Source: Elusimicrobiota bacterium
GTDB taxonomy: Bacteria; Elusimicrobiota; Elusimicrobia; F11
Direction of reading: 5' to 3'
Length of the DNA stretch: 34,822 nucleotides
NCBI GenBank assembly: GCA_046153645.1
Contig: JBJXGI010000021.1
Location: 1 to 34,822 of the forward strand
Each line of letters begins with the position of its first letter. The stretch's first letter is position 1. A program made the translations under genes and the position numbers. Under the pieces are notes generated by a model. The model was not told where the DNA came from. It saw only the letters and a program-made list of their open reading frames with translations, and searched no databases. Positions 18,360-27,989 of the stretch are shown here, piece after piece.

Positions 18360-19652
18360 CTAAGAAATTTGCTCTGCTGCCTTTTTACCATCAAGAATAG
18401 CTTCTTCCATAAAAGAGTATTTCCAAGCTCCATATCTCCCAATAGACTGCATTGAATGGCGCTTCATAAATGAAAAAATTTTATTGAGTATTTTTTTTCT
18501 GTTTTTGTCATAAATAACATAGGCGTATTTAATCGGTAGAAAATGTGCCACAGAAATACGATCAGACTTTTTTAATATCCGCGCCTCTATTAAAGATTTA
18601 TGTACTTCTGCTAAAAGTTCATCTTTTGATAATTTCTCAGCATATCTCATCGGTATTTCAACATACATCGAACTAGAGTTTTTAGGAACAATATGAGGTG
18701 TAAAGTTCATGGGAAAACCAACCCGATAAAAAGGATACTTTTTCTCCGGGAAATATACCCAGGAAAGGTCAGAAATCTTAGCCCTGTTTATTCCCATATT
18801 AAGACACATGATGCTCGAAAATTTAAGATTTTTGGACATGTCTCTAATATCAGGAGGGATAGGATCAAGTTTTCGAATAAACTCCAACAATGGAATCGTA
18901 TTAACTAAATTCGAATATCGAACAATAGTTTTATCAGTTAATACAATTTCTTTCTTTTTCCAAAAAATCTTTTCTACGGAAGTATTAAGTGCAATATTTT
19001 TTAGATTCTCACCTAACTTCTCTGCTAATACCTGAATCCCTCCTTTTTTGGGATAAAGAAAAGATGTGTTATAACCGAAAGAGAGGTCGTGTTGGCTTAA
19101 TGCACCATGTATCACTTCTTCAAACTTCGGCTTTGGCACAAAAGACCCACACCAGTCCGGAGTCATTTGTTCAGGTGATATTTGATAAAGTTTCGAATTA
19201 TAAGGAATCATAAAATGATCAGAGATTCCCTTTCCAAATAATTTCAAACACCAACTCTTAAAATCTATTTTTTTTGATGGAACATCTTTAATAGCTTCAT
19301 AAAAACCCAAAACACAATCGTCTACAATATGTTCTGGTAAACCACTTGTGTAGGCTTGAAATGGATACTTGGTATAAACTCCATGAGAAAAAATGGCCGA
19401 TTTCCGAACGCAAGAAAAAAAATTGTTTTTTAGTAATTGAGAGATAAGCTTTTTAGTGTAGGGATTATGTAAATGAAGCAAATGACCAGTAAAATCAAAT
19501 GTGAAACCTGCCAAAGTGTAAGATCGGGCGGTACCGCCTAAGTGAGCTTCTCTTTCAACAAGCAGATAATTTTCATTTTTAAGATGGAATGCCGTTGAGA
19601 TTCCAGCCAAGCCCCCACCTAAAATAACCGTTTTATTATTTAGAGAGGCCAT
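18360..19652 (-). CDS. FAD-dependent oxidoreductase, UDP-galactopyranose-mutase-like
   Basis: ILGGGLAG, GGTARS, FDFTGHLLH, YPKKGG, YFPEKKYPFYR, GRYGAWKY. Start at ATG 19652, coupled to the upstream stop. Confidence 0.75.
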   Translation of the reverse strand: MASLNNKTVILGGGLAGISTAFHLKNENYLLVEREAHLGGTARSYTLAGFTFDFTGHLLHLHNPYTKKLISQLLKNNFFSCVRKSAIFSHGVYTKYPFQAYTSGLPEHIVDDCVLGFYEAIKDVPSKKIDFKSWCLKLFGKGISDHFMIPYNSKLYQISPEQMTPDWCGSFVPKPKFEEVIHGALSQHDLSFGYNTSFLYPKKGGIQVLAEKLGENLKNIALNTSVEKIFWKKKEIVLTDKTIVRYSNLVNTIPLLEFIRKLDPIPPDIRDMSKNLKFSSIMCLNMGINRAKISDLSWVYFPEKKYPFYRVGFPMNFTPHIVPKNSSSMYVEIPMRYAEKLSKDELLAEVHKSLIEARILKKSDRISVAHFLPIKYAYVIYDKNRKKILNKIFSFMKRHSMQSIGRYGAWKYSFMEEAILDGKKAAEQIS

Positions 19653-20686
19653 TATTTCACCTCTACTTTTAAAACGTAACGAGTTAATAATGAAAGAATA
19701 ACCAAAGCAATGAGATAAAAAAATACATTTAAAAACACATTCGTTTGAGTAATAAAAAAAGCAAATAAACAAAAAACAGAATTTAAGGTTAAAATAAAAA
19801 TAAGAATATTAGATCTACTCCAACCCAATTGTTCAAGTCTTAATGGGAAGTGATCTTTAGAACCTAAAAAAGGAGACTTTCCTTTTCTAATTCTCAAGTA
19901 AAAAACCAACAAGGTGTCATAAATTGGAATAGCAAGCAATAATAGAGGCGCAAAAACAGCTATTTCTGTTTTGTCCCCGTAGGAAGTCCCCATAGAAAGT
20001 GAAGCGCAAATAAACCCAAGAACAAGGCTTCCTGTGTCTCCCATAAATAATTTATATTTTTGAGAAAGGTTATAAGGAATAAATCCAAGGCAGGCCCCCG
20101 CCAAAGCCGCAGATGAAAAATTGACATAGATAGCTTCTGTTGGTAATGAGATAAAAAGAAAAGCCAAAGATACAACGATCACAACTCCAGAAGCAAGGCC
20201 GTCCATAATATCAATTAAATTAAATGCGTTTGTTATTCCAACAATCCACAAAAGAGTCAAAAGATGTCCCAACCAAAAAGGTTTTATAAATTGAATATTA
20301 ACACCAAAAATAATAACTAAAAATGCTGCAAAAATTTGAAATAGAAACTTTGTCCTGTAATGTAATCCGGTGTATTTCACATCATCAATTAATCCCAACA
20401 TCAAAATAAAAAGGGAACCAAATATAATACCTCTAATCGTTCGAAGTGTTCCTGAGGGAAATTCTGTAAATAACCTAATTAAAAACAAGGAAAAGAAAAA
20501 TGCACAAAAAATAGCCAATCCCCCCAAATAGGGTGTTGGCTTTTTATGGGTTTTTACCGATGAAATAGGATGGTCAAAAATATTTAATTTAATAGCAATT
20601 AATCTAGCTAAAGGCGTGAATACGAGGCTCAAAAAAAAAGAAGAAAAAAAACAAATGGTGTATAAAATAGGTGTAGAAAATTTCAT
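19652..20686 (-). CDS. WecA/TagO-like polyprenyl-phosphate HexNAc-1-P transferase
   Basis: PYLGG, GLIDD, NAFNLIDIMDGL, FMGDTGS; multiple TM helices. Confidence 0.9.
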   Translation of the reverse strand: MKFSTPILYTICFFSSFFLSLVFTPLARLIAIKLNIFDHPISSVKTHKKPTPYLGGLAIFCAFFFSLFLIRLFTEFPSGTLRTIRGIIFGSLFILMLGLIDDVKYTGLHYRTKFLFQIFAAFLVIIFGVNIQFIKPFWLGHLLTLLWIVGITNAFNLIDIMDGLASGVVIVVSLAFLFISLPTEAIYVNFSSAALAGACLGFIPYNLSQKYKLFMGDTGSLVLGFICASLSMGTSYGDKTEIAVFAPLLLLAIPIYDTLLVFYLRIRKGKSPFLGSKDHFPLRLEQLGWSRSNILIFILTLNSVFCLFAFFITQTNVFLNVFFYLIALVILSLLTRYVLKVEVK

Positions 20687-21621
20687 TTTTTAGTTTGAGT
20701 TGTTGGATATGGAGATTGACCTCTTATTTGAAAGAAAATTCTAGCAAGTAACTCAGCTAAAAGGCCTATAGAAATAAGAAAAATAGCAACCAAACCTAGA
20801 AATACTGATAACAACAAAAGAGGAATTCGCAAATAATCAAATTGATCTGGTCCTAATTTATCAATCAATGCCATTAAAAAGGATAAAAAACTAATAAAGA
20901 GAAAAAACAAACCTGTTCCTGAAAAAAGATAATTGGGCTTAAAAAGGAAACTCTGAAAAAAAGAAAGCGTTATTAAATCGATAATAACTTTAAAAAAACG
21001 ACTCATTCCATATTTCGATTTTCCTGTGCTTCTGGCACGATGATTTACCGTCACCTCGGTAACCATTCCCCCCATCCAAGCACACCAAGCTGGTAAAAAC
21101 CGGTGAATTTCCCCATAAAACTGAACTTTTTCTAAAATAGATTTTCTGTAAATTTTTAAAGAACAGCCATAATCATGAAGAGGAACTCCTGTAACAAAGG
21201 AAATAAGTTTATTGGCTATCATAGAAGGGAGAATTCGAGAAAAAAAATGATCTTTCCGTTCAGATCTCCAACCTGAGACCACATCCCATCCTTCATTGCA
21301 CTTTTCAATTAATTTCAGAATATCGCGGGGATCATTTTGACCATCAGCATCAATGGGGATGATAAATTCACCTTTTGAATTTTCAACTCCAATAGAGATT
21401 GCCGCTGTTTGACCAAAATTTCGAGACAAGTTAAAAAGCTTAATTTTGGGAGGGTTTACCAAAGTCTGTAATACGCTTGAGGTTCCATCTGTTGAACCAT
21501 CATTTACTAATAAAATCTCATAATTAATATCCTGACAAGATGCTTCGATATCAGCAAGAACAGATGAAATACTTGCCTCTTCATTAAATATAGGAATAAC
21601 AATTGAAACAACTGGCGTCAT
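20683..21621 (-). CDS. GT2 polyprenol-phosphate glycosyltransferase (GtrB/ArnC-like)
   Basis: VIPIFNE, NDGSTD, RNFGQ, DADGQ, HRFLP, plus two C-terminal TM helices. Confidence 0.9.
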   Translation of the reverse strand: MTPVVSIVIPIFNEEASISSVLADIEASCQDINYEILLVNDGSTDGTSSVLQTLVNPPKIKLFNLSRNFGQTAAISIGVENSKGEFIIPIDADGQNDPRDILKLIEKCNEGWDVVSGWRSERKDHFFSRILPSMIANKLISFVTGVPLHDYGCSLKIYRKSILEKVQFYGEIHRFLPAWCAWMGGMVTEVTVNHRARSTGKSKYGMSRFFKVIIDLITLSFFQSFLFKPNYLFSGTGLFFLFISFLSFLMALIDKLGPDQFDYLRIPLLLLSVFLGLVAIFLISIGLLAELLARIFFQIRGQSPYPTTQTKK

Positions 21622-23222
21622 TTTTTCAATAAACCTCTAATTTCATCAATATTAATTCCGAACATGAACTTTGAATAAGGAGATGAATCAATTTCTGGAA
21701 AATATTTTTCATGAAGTGTTAAAGATTGTTCAAAAAACGTACTGGCAACCAAGCGATTCCCTTTTCTCAAACCCAAAATACCTTTAGCGTAATAAGTTAT
21801 TGGCGCGTTTGGCTCTAATTTTAAAGCTTCATTCAAAAGTTGATTAGCAATTTGATCCTCGCCTCTATTCATTTGAAGTAGCGCGTATTTAATATAAAAA
21901 GGAGCATGACGTGGAGCCAATTTTATTGCCTTAAGAAAATATTTATCTTGCTCTGAGGGAGACTCCTCAAACATAGCTATTCTAGCCAAATAGAACGCGT
22001 TATTTGAATCATATTTAATAGTCTCACGTAAAGCAGTTAATACCTCCTTTTTATTTGAAAACTCATTTTTTAATAGAGAATCTTCAAAAATTTTATATCT
22101 CAATTCAGGATTCATGGGCGCAATCTGAAGAGCTATTTTCCCATTTCCTAAAAAATAAAATAAATATCCAATCCCGTTCAAGAAAACTATCGAGCTCAAT
22201 AGAAAAAGAAAAGAAATAATGACAATTTTAGTCCACGCTGGGAAAATAATTTCTTTCGTCAAAGGAAGCTTAGGGGACATCAATACGGCGACAAATAACA
22301 ATCCCAAGAAAGGCAAATAGTAGGGAAAATAGAAAGTTGCCGCCATTCCAAAAACAAATGTCAATGTCGAGACCGCATTAAACTTCTTGAATATTCTCAA
22401 GTATTTAAATAAAAAATACATCCCACAAATCAAAAAAATCAAAGCAGGAATTCCGACCTCAACAGCCAGTTGCAAAAAAGAATTATGTGCAAATGCCGTA
22501 GCGTGTGAATAACGAAGAAGATGAAATGTGGGTTGTTGATAGAAATAATAAGCTCTTTCAAATAATCCAATTCCATTACCCAACAGGATATGATCTTTAA
22601 TAGACAATAGAGCTGTTTTCCAAATAATCCCACGTCCAATGAGTTCAAGCGAAGACAAAGAATTGAGGTCATTTGTTTTAAAAATAAAGAACCAAAATTG
22701 AGGCAAAAACAAGAAGAATAAAAATGGCAGTAACAAATAGAGCCTAAAACGATTAAAAACCTTCCATACGTACAATATTAAGACCAATGAAATCGCGATA
22801 AAAATCGTCCTGGTGTGTAATAAATATAATGAAAAAAAACCAAAACAAATTATTAACCCTTTTAAAATATTATCTTTTAGCGTATTTCTTTTCTTAAAAA
22901 GAGTGAAACAGATCCCTGCTGAAATGAGAAGCGACGAATAAAGAGGGTTTCCTAAGAGCCATCCGCTGAAATTGCCATTATAAAAATATTTAAAAAAACA
23001 AATCGCTATTTCGATAAGGCTCAAAGACATAATTGTCTTTTCTATCTGTTGGAAGTTAATTTTTCTAAGAGAATTTTCAGACTTCAAGATATGAAGATAA
23101 GCCGCATATATAACAAACAATAAATACTTAGAAAATGATTGTATTTGAGTATTAAATTGTTGATGAACTAATAGTGATAAAAACAAAAAAAATACAAATA
23201 TCCCAAAAAAAGAATAAAACAT
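21618..23222 (-). CDS. O-antigen ligase/O-oligosaccharyltransferase-like membrane protein with C-terminal TPRs
   Basis: Many TM helices; GR..IW...ILLGNGIG and AHNSFLQLAVEVG (Wzy_C); TPR-like repeats (AIKLAP, ALKLEP). Start uncertain. Confidence 0.8.
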   Translation of the reverse strand: MFYSFFGIFVFFLFLSLLVHQQFNTQIQSFSKYLLFVIYAAYLHILKSENSLRKINFQQIEKTIMSLSLIEIAICFFKYFYNGNFSGWLLGNPLYSSLLISAGICFTLFKKRNTLKDNILKGLIICFGFFSLYLLHTRTIFIAISLVLILYVWKVFNRFRLYLLLPFLFFLFLPQFWFFIFKTNDLNSLSSLELIGRGIIWKTALLSIKDHILLGNGIGLFERAYYFYQQPTFHLLRYSHATAFAHNSFLQLAVEVGIPALIFLICGMYFLFKYLRIFKKFNAVSTLTFVFGMAATFYFPYYLPFLGLLFVAVLMSPKLPLTKEIIFPAWTKIVIISFLFLLSSIVFLNGIGYLFYFLGNGKIALQIAPMNPELRYKIFEDSLLKNEFSNKKEVLTALRETIKYDSNNAFYLARIAMFEESPSEQDKYFLKAIKLAPRHAPFYIKYALLQMNRGEDQIANQLLNEALKLEPNAPITYYAKGILGLRKGNRLVASTFFEQSLTLHEKYFPEIDSSPYSKFMFGINIDEIRGLLKK

Positions 23223-23280
23223 GGGAAGTGATATTCGATGATTAGCAAGAACCTCTTTAGAGAATAAAAAGACAACCCAT

Positions 23281-23320
23281 AAAAAAATAAGGGAGTAAAG
23301 AAATGAATCTTTACTCCCTT
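23281..23320 (-). terminator. Intrinsic terminator after pilQ
   Basis: 13-bp stem AAGGGAGTAAAGA/TCTTTACTCCCTT followed by ATTTTTTT on the minus strand. Confidence 0.8.
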
Positions 23321-23366
23321 GAAAAAAATATGAAAGCCAAACTGGCGAAAGAGCTAGAATGCTATT

Positions 23367-25094
23367 TTAATCCCTAATAATTCGTGGCGTGACAAAAATC
23401 AACAACTCATTTCTAGCTTTTTTAAATGTATTCGATCGAAAGAATTGACCCAAAATCGGAATATCACCTAACAAAGGAACTTTAGAAACACCTTTAGCAT
23501 CGGAATCATCAATTAATCCACCAATAACCAAAGTTTCCCCATCTTTAATAATAACCGTTGTTTGAGCGGTCCTTGTACGAATAATGGGGCCCGCATCTGT
23601 ACTCTCAGCTGTAGGAAAGCTAGATTCTGGAGATATTTTTAGAGTCACTCGATCTTCCGCATTAATTGTAGGGGTAACATTTAAAACAATACCGGCATTC
23701 ACACTTTTAAAATCTGAAGTTACTACGCCATTGGAAACAGTTGACGTTCTAAACCTTATTTCCTGAACAGCTTCAATTTTTGCAGCTTGTCCATTGACGG
23801 TAACAATTTTGGGCGCTGAAAGAATTTTCGCTTTACTTTGAGTAACTAAAGCCTGAAGACTTATATCAAAAATTCTCCCAGCTTTAACTATTCCAAAGGC
23901 AATAGACGCACTTGCAGGACCAGGCAAAGCGACACCAGTACCACCGGGTGGCGTCGCAGCTCCAATGGTAACATCATCTCCACTAGAATTTGTTGCCTCT
24001 CTACCAACTCGAAATCCTTCTTCAGAAATTAACCCGACATTTCTATCTGTGTTTCCATCTCTATAACTGTTCCCAAACTCCCATTGAACACCAATATCAA
24101 GCCCATTGGCCAAATTAACTTCTACAATTCTAGATTCGATCATAACTTGTTTCGGTTGAACATCAAGCTGTGCGATTAATCTCTCTGCTTGTAAAATTCC
24201 TTCATCAGAGTCTGTGATAACAAGACTATTGGACTCGGTAACAACGGAAACAGAACCTTTTCTTCCTGATGAATTCATTACAGATAAGACGTGAGTTGAA
24301 ACATCAGATGCTTTTAAATAATTAATGGGTATTGTTTTAGTATAAGTCACAGCTTTCTGACGTTCTTTAACAAGGATATCAGGAGTTGTTACACGAAGAA
24401 TATTGGATCCCAATTGAGTTGTAACCAATCCTTTCAAATTTAAAATTGTTGCGAAAGCCTCATCAAAAGGAACCTGTCTTAAATGTATTGATATAGTTCC
24501 TGACACCTCAGGTCCATAAATAATATTCACATTACTGGTTTCTGCAAGAAGTCGAATAACATCTTTAATATCTGCCGCTTCAAAATCAAGAGTGACTTGC
24601 TCTTTAGGCAGCGAAAGCAACAAGTCTCTTTTAGCTGATCTGGTATTACTTTGAATTTTTGGTCTAGAGGATTCTTTCTTTTCCGTAGGCTGTATAATCG
24701 ATTTTTTCAGGATTAAAGTAACAATATTCCCTTCAACATTTGTGGTGTAGTCTACTGAAGAATTTAAATCAACAACAATTCTAGATATTAATGGAGTCTC
24801 TTTGAACTGATAGCCCCTCACACGCCGAATAAGTTCAGAAGAAACATCTTTTCTTGAACTTGTTTTATAAATTGCGCCAGGAATTTCAACAATAAGTCTA
24901 TTGGGTGTAGTTAAAGTGAAAACGTCATAAGGCACTAATTGAGTTAACTTGAAAATAACTCGGTTTTGTTGAGCGTCCAATTCAACGATAGCGGGGACTT
25001 CTTCAACAGGATTAGGCTGGCTTCCAAGGGGGGTCAAAACTATTTGAAAGAGATACGTCAACAATACGAATGTTTTTAGTAAATTATTTTTCAT
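23367..25094 (-). CDS. pilQ: Type IV pilus secretin
   Basis: Signal peptide, AMIN-like domain, N0/N3 domains, secretin domain (GETLVIGGL, VPLLGDIPILGQFF, ELLIFVTPRI). Confidence 0.93.
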   Translation of the reverse strand: MKNNLLKTFVLLTYLFQIVLTPLGSQPNPVEEVPAIVELDAQQNRVIFKLTQLVPYDVFTLTTPNRLIVEIPGAIYKTSSRKDVSSELIRRVRGYQFKETPLISRIVVDLNSSVDYTTNVEGNIVTLILKKSIIQPTEKKESSRPKIQSNTRSAKRDLLLSLPKEQVTLDFEAADIKDVIRLLAETSNVNIIYGPEVSGTISIHLRQVPFDEAFATILNLKGLVTTQLGSNILRVTTPDILVKERQKAVTYTKTIPINYLKASDVSTHVLSVMNSSGRKGSVSVVTESNSLVITDSDEGILQAERLIAQLDVQPKQVMIESRIVEVNLANGLDIGVQWEFGNSYRDGNTDRNVGLISEEGFRVGREATNSSGDDVTIGAATPPGGTGVALPGPASASIAFGIVKAGRIFDISLQALVTQSKAKILSAPKIVTVNGQAAKIEAVQEIRFRTSTVSNGVVTSDFKSVNAGIVLNVTPTINAEDRVTLKISPESSFPTAESTDAGPIIRTRTAQTTVIIKDGETLVIGGLIDDSDAKGVSKVPLLGDIPILGQFFRSNTFKKARNELLIFVTPRIIRD

Positions 25095-25579
25095 GGTTTC
25101 TCTTTCTCCTCTAACTCTTTGATTTTAATTTCATAGACATTATCACCTTCTCCGGTAATAACGACCTTTTGGTCAAATACTTTTGCGGTAAACCCTTTAA
25201 CATTTTTTCCCATTACATCAAAAATCAAACCGGATCTAACAAAATAAGTACCGCTGCCAGTCAACATCAATAAAGCGGTCTTCGTCCCCTTTTCCCCATT
25301 AACAATTCCCTTTAACGTGGCTCTTTGAGGGTCAAAAACAGCATCAGCTTTATAGTTTGAGGATTGACCAGAAGGGACAAAAGGATCTCTAAATTTATCA
25401 CCGGAATAAACATAAACAGGTTTTTCTTTGGGAGGCAAACTAGGTTGAGGAGCCGGTATGGGAGCTTTTTCTGGTGGTGGCGCTGCAACATTTGATTTAT
25501 TTCCTTTTCCACAACCAAAGAAATGTAAAAAAGACCCCACGAAAATAAAAACGATATATATAATTTTAGAGTTTCGCAT
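25091..25579 (-). CDS. pilP: PilP-like lipoprotein
   Basis: Lipobox-like FFGC, Pro-rich linker, YSGDKFRDPF motif, LKGIV; located between pilO and pilQ. Confidence 0.75.
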   Translation of the reverse strand: MRNSKIIYIVFIFVGSFLHFFGCGKGNKSNVAAPPPEKAPIPAPQPSLPPKEKPVYVYSGDKFRDPFVPSGQSSNYKADAVFDPQRATLKGIVNGEKGTKTALLMLTGSGTYFVRSGLIFDVMGKNVKGFTAKVFDQKVVITGEGDNVYEIKIKELEEKEKP

Positions 25580-25584
25580 AATAA

Positions 25585-26133
25585 CTAACCTGAATACGCA
25601 TAAGTTTGAATGATAAGAGTAATATTTAAGATAATCTCACTGGACCCTTCTGGCGAACTTGAAGGACTCAATACAATATTTTGAGCCTGAAATATTCTTT
25701 CTTGTTGTCCTAAGCTGGCTAAAAACTGCGCTAAAGAGGTGAGGGTTCCTGAAATTTGTAAATCAAAAGGAAGAATTTCGAAATATTGTTGTTTACTTCC
25801 TCCTCTTGGAGCAAATCGATTAAATTGAATATTATGGGCCAGTGCTTCTCGTGTTATCGTCCGAATAATATTGGGCAAATCCTTATCTTTGGGAAGTTGC
25901 TTTTCTAATTCAACAAGCTCAAATTGAAGTTGGTCTCGCTCTGCTGTAATAGCAGCAAGACGGCGGGTTTGACGTTCAGCATTTTCTATTTTAGCGTTCA
26001 GATCTGATAATTTTTCTTTGTCAACCTTAATGCTAGCGAGAATAGGACGAAGCAGATAATTCCAGTACGTATATCCCCCACCAATAAGAAACATTAATAA
26101 AACAACTAAAATCTTTTGCTGCTCTTTATTCAT
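25585..26133 (-). CDS. pilO: Type IV pilus alignment protein PilO
   Basis: N-terminal TM, coiled coil, QLP...LP, G...FL...ERI; start at ATG 26133. Confidence 0.85.
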   Translation of the reverse strand: MNKEQQKILVVLLMFLIGGGYTYWNYLLRPILASIKVDKEKLSDLNAKIENAERQTRRLAAITAERDQLQFELVELEKQLPKDKDLPNIIRTITREALAHNIQFNRFAPRGGSKQQYFEILPFDLQISGTLTSLAQFLASLGQQERIFQAQNIVLSPSSSPEGSSEIILNITLIIQTYAYSG

Positions 26134-26134
26134 A

Positions 26135-26728
26135 TCAATTAAACTCCGCCAAAGGAAATGGGCCTTGATGTTGATAAACGCAAGAAATATTAAAGGAAAG
26201 AACTGAAGTCCCTGTTTCTGCATTGTTGGCATAACTAATCGGACCTAGTTCAACAGCTGAAAAATGAGTGGATTGTTGTAAATTTGATAAAAATGTAGCA
26301 ACTGCAAAATTGGAAATGGCGTTACAAGTAAGTGAAATTCGCATGGGGCTTCCAGGAGCACCTTGATCTTGAATATTTATATTTCCCATCCAAACCTCTG
26401 TGGGTATAATCGGGAGAAAATCTTCAAAAAAGACAGGATAGACAAGTCTACTTTTATTGAGGTTTCTAATGGCCCCCCGTTTTGCTTCTAACTGAGTCTT
26501 TTGAAGTTCAATAGATTCGATCTGAGATACAATGGCTTGATACCGACTTAAGTCTGCCTCTGCTTGGGCTATTTGTATTTTCAGGTTCTTTTCTTCCTTG
26601 CTCTTAATCATCCAAATCGCGGAAAGAAGAATGACCAAAACAGCAATAACTGATCCAGCCAATATTTTTTGTTCCTTTTGAACAAGTGACGCTTCGTATT
26701 CGAGAGGAAGAAGATTAATTTTAATCAT
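26135..26728 (-). CDS. pilN: Type IV pilus alignment protein PilN
   Basis: MIKINLLP N-terminus, TM helix, coiled coil. Confidence 0.9.
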   Translation of the reverse strand: MIKINLLPLEYEASLVQKEQKILAGSVIAVLVILLSAIWMIKSKEEKNLKIQIAQAEADLSRYQAIVSQIESIELQKTQLEAKRGAIRNLNKSRLVYPVFFEDFLPIIPTEVWMGNINIQDQGAPGSPMRISLTCNAISNFAVATFLSNLQQSTHFSAVELGPISYANNAETGTSVLSFNISCVYQHQGPFPLAEFN

Positions 26729-27849
26729 TGATCTAATTCCCTTCTAGTGGCTAATCCCATCGCAATAACAAAAGCAGGTCGTAATTCGGGTTCAGGCAAA
26801 GAATCAACGTCTAACCCCGCAAAAGGATCTAAACGTTCAACTGAGATTCTTAATTCTTGAGAAAAATAACGATCCAGTCCATCAATAGCAGACGATCCGC
26901 CACAAAGTAATAAGCGATTTACCTGTCTTTCTGGATTTTGAGATAAAAAGAAGTCTAATGATCTCTGAATTTCCGCTACAAGATCTTTAACCACTGTTAC
27001 AACGGTATTAGAAACTTGCAAGGAATCTTGATCGTCTTGAGCTAAAGTAGCTTCTTTTTCATCTGGAGTAACAAGGATTTTCCCTTTCCTTTTGAGTTTT
27101 TCAGCTTCTTCATAGGAACAATCAAATATACGTTGAAGTGATTTATTAATCGTGTTACCAGCAATAAAAACATCTCGAACAACTTTAGATAAACCGTTTT
27201 CAATAACAATCATATTGGTGACATTAGAACCAATATTCACAAGAATAACAGTTTCGTTCATTGAACCTGCATTTAAATAACCATAAGCATTCTCAAGACA
27301 GAAAGCATCAACATCTACTACAACCGGCCTAATACCAGAAGAGTTTAAAACATCTAACTTTTGCTCAATGAGCTCTTTTTTGGCTGCGACAAGGACTGTT
27401 TCCATTTTTTGCTGACCATCTTCTAGAACATCACCTAAAATATGAAATCCCATATTCACTTCTGGAATTGCAAATGGGATATAAGGTTCTGCTTCAAATT
27501 GAATGGTTTTTTCTAGTTCTTCAGGGGGGAGTTTCGGGAACTTAACGTAACGAACAATAACAGAATTACCACTTACAGAAATAGCCCCTGTTTTTGGGCA
27601 TTTTTTTTGTTCAAGTAGAGTTTGTTTTAACAACTCAGTTAAGGCGCTATATCTTTCTTGAGGAGAAACTTCAGGACTACAAAGTTTAGGGTCTAATTCT
27701 TTATATACCCACCGGACAACTCGGCGGTTTGAAATTTGGACAATTTTAAGTGAAGTCGAACCTAAATCAATACCCAAAGTTTCTTTAGAGCGGAGAAAAG
27801 AAAGACTTGGCATTTTCAATTTAAAGTTCTTCAAATTATTTAGGTTCAT
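26725..27849 (-). CDS. pilM: Type IV pilus assembly protein PilM
   Basis: GIDLGS, EAEPYIPF, NIGS, EIQRSLDFF, LCGG, GLA actin-like motifs. Confidence 0.93.
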   Translation of the reverse strand: MNLNNLKNFKLKMPSLSFLRSKETLGIDLGSTSLKIVQISNRRVVRWVYKELDPKLCSPEVSPQERYSALTELLKQTLLEQKKCPKTGAISVSGNSVIVRYVKFPKLPPEELEKTIQFEAEPYIPFAIPEVNMGFHILGDVLEDGQQKMETVLVAAKKELIEQKLDVLNSSGIRPVVVDVDAFCLENAYGYLNAGSMNETVILVNIGSNVTNMIVIENGLSKVVRDVFIAGNTINKSLQRIFDCSYEEAEKLKRKGKILVTPDEKEATLAQDDQDSLQVSNTVVTVVKDLVAEIQRSLDFFLSQNPERQVNRLLLCGGSSAIDGLDRYFSQELRISVERLDPFAGLDVDSLPEPELRPAFVIAMGLATRRELDQ

Positions 27850-27857
27850 TGCAATAT

Positions 27858-27936
27858 AAAACGCCTTTGTAAAATACCTGAGAATAAGCTAAATCTCAGC
27901 AACTTCAACACTCGGCGTTTGTTGAAAATGCTGCGT
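27858..27936 (-). promoter_or_regulatory. Structured pilM 5' leader (hairpin plus possible pseudoknot)
   Basis: Stem CAGCAUUUUCAACA/UGUUGAAGUUGCUG; loop AACGCC is complementary to downstream GGCGUU. Confidence 0.45.
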
Positions 27937-27943
27937 GAATAGA

Positions 27944-27972
27944 AGTCTATTTTGAGTGTGACTAATTGTCAA
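27944..27972 (-). promoter_or_regulatory. Sigma70 promoter for pilMNOPQ
   Basis: Minus strand TTGACA-N17-TAGACT. Confidence 0.75.
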
Positions 27973-27989
27973 GGATTTTTCTCTTTTTT

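Noticed and set aside
9260..25518. Short minus-strand alternate-frame ORFs (9260-9463, 9644-9865, 11892-12173, 12293-12475, 16240-16521, 18254-18442, 19960-20175, 22439-22672, 25312-25518)
   Set aside because: They are nested in real genes in other frames, with no motif or RBS support.
27850..27940. Known c-di-GMP-I/II riboswitch upstream of pilM
   Set aside because: Lacks the GCAAA/GNRA-receptor features of class I and the kink-turn consensus of class II; kept only as an unclassified structure.
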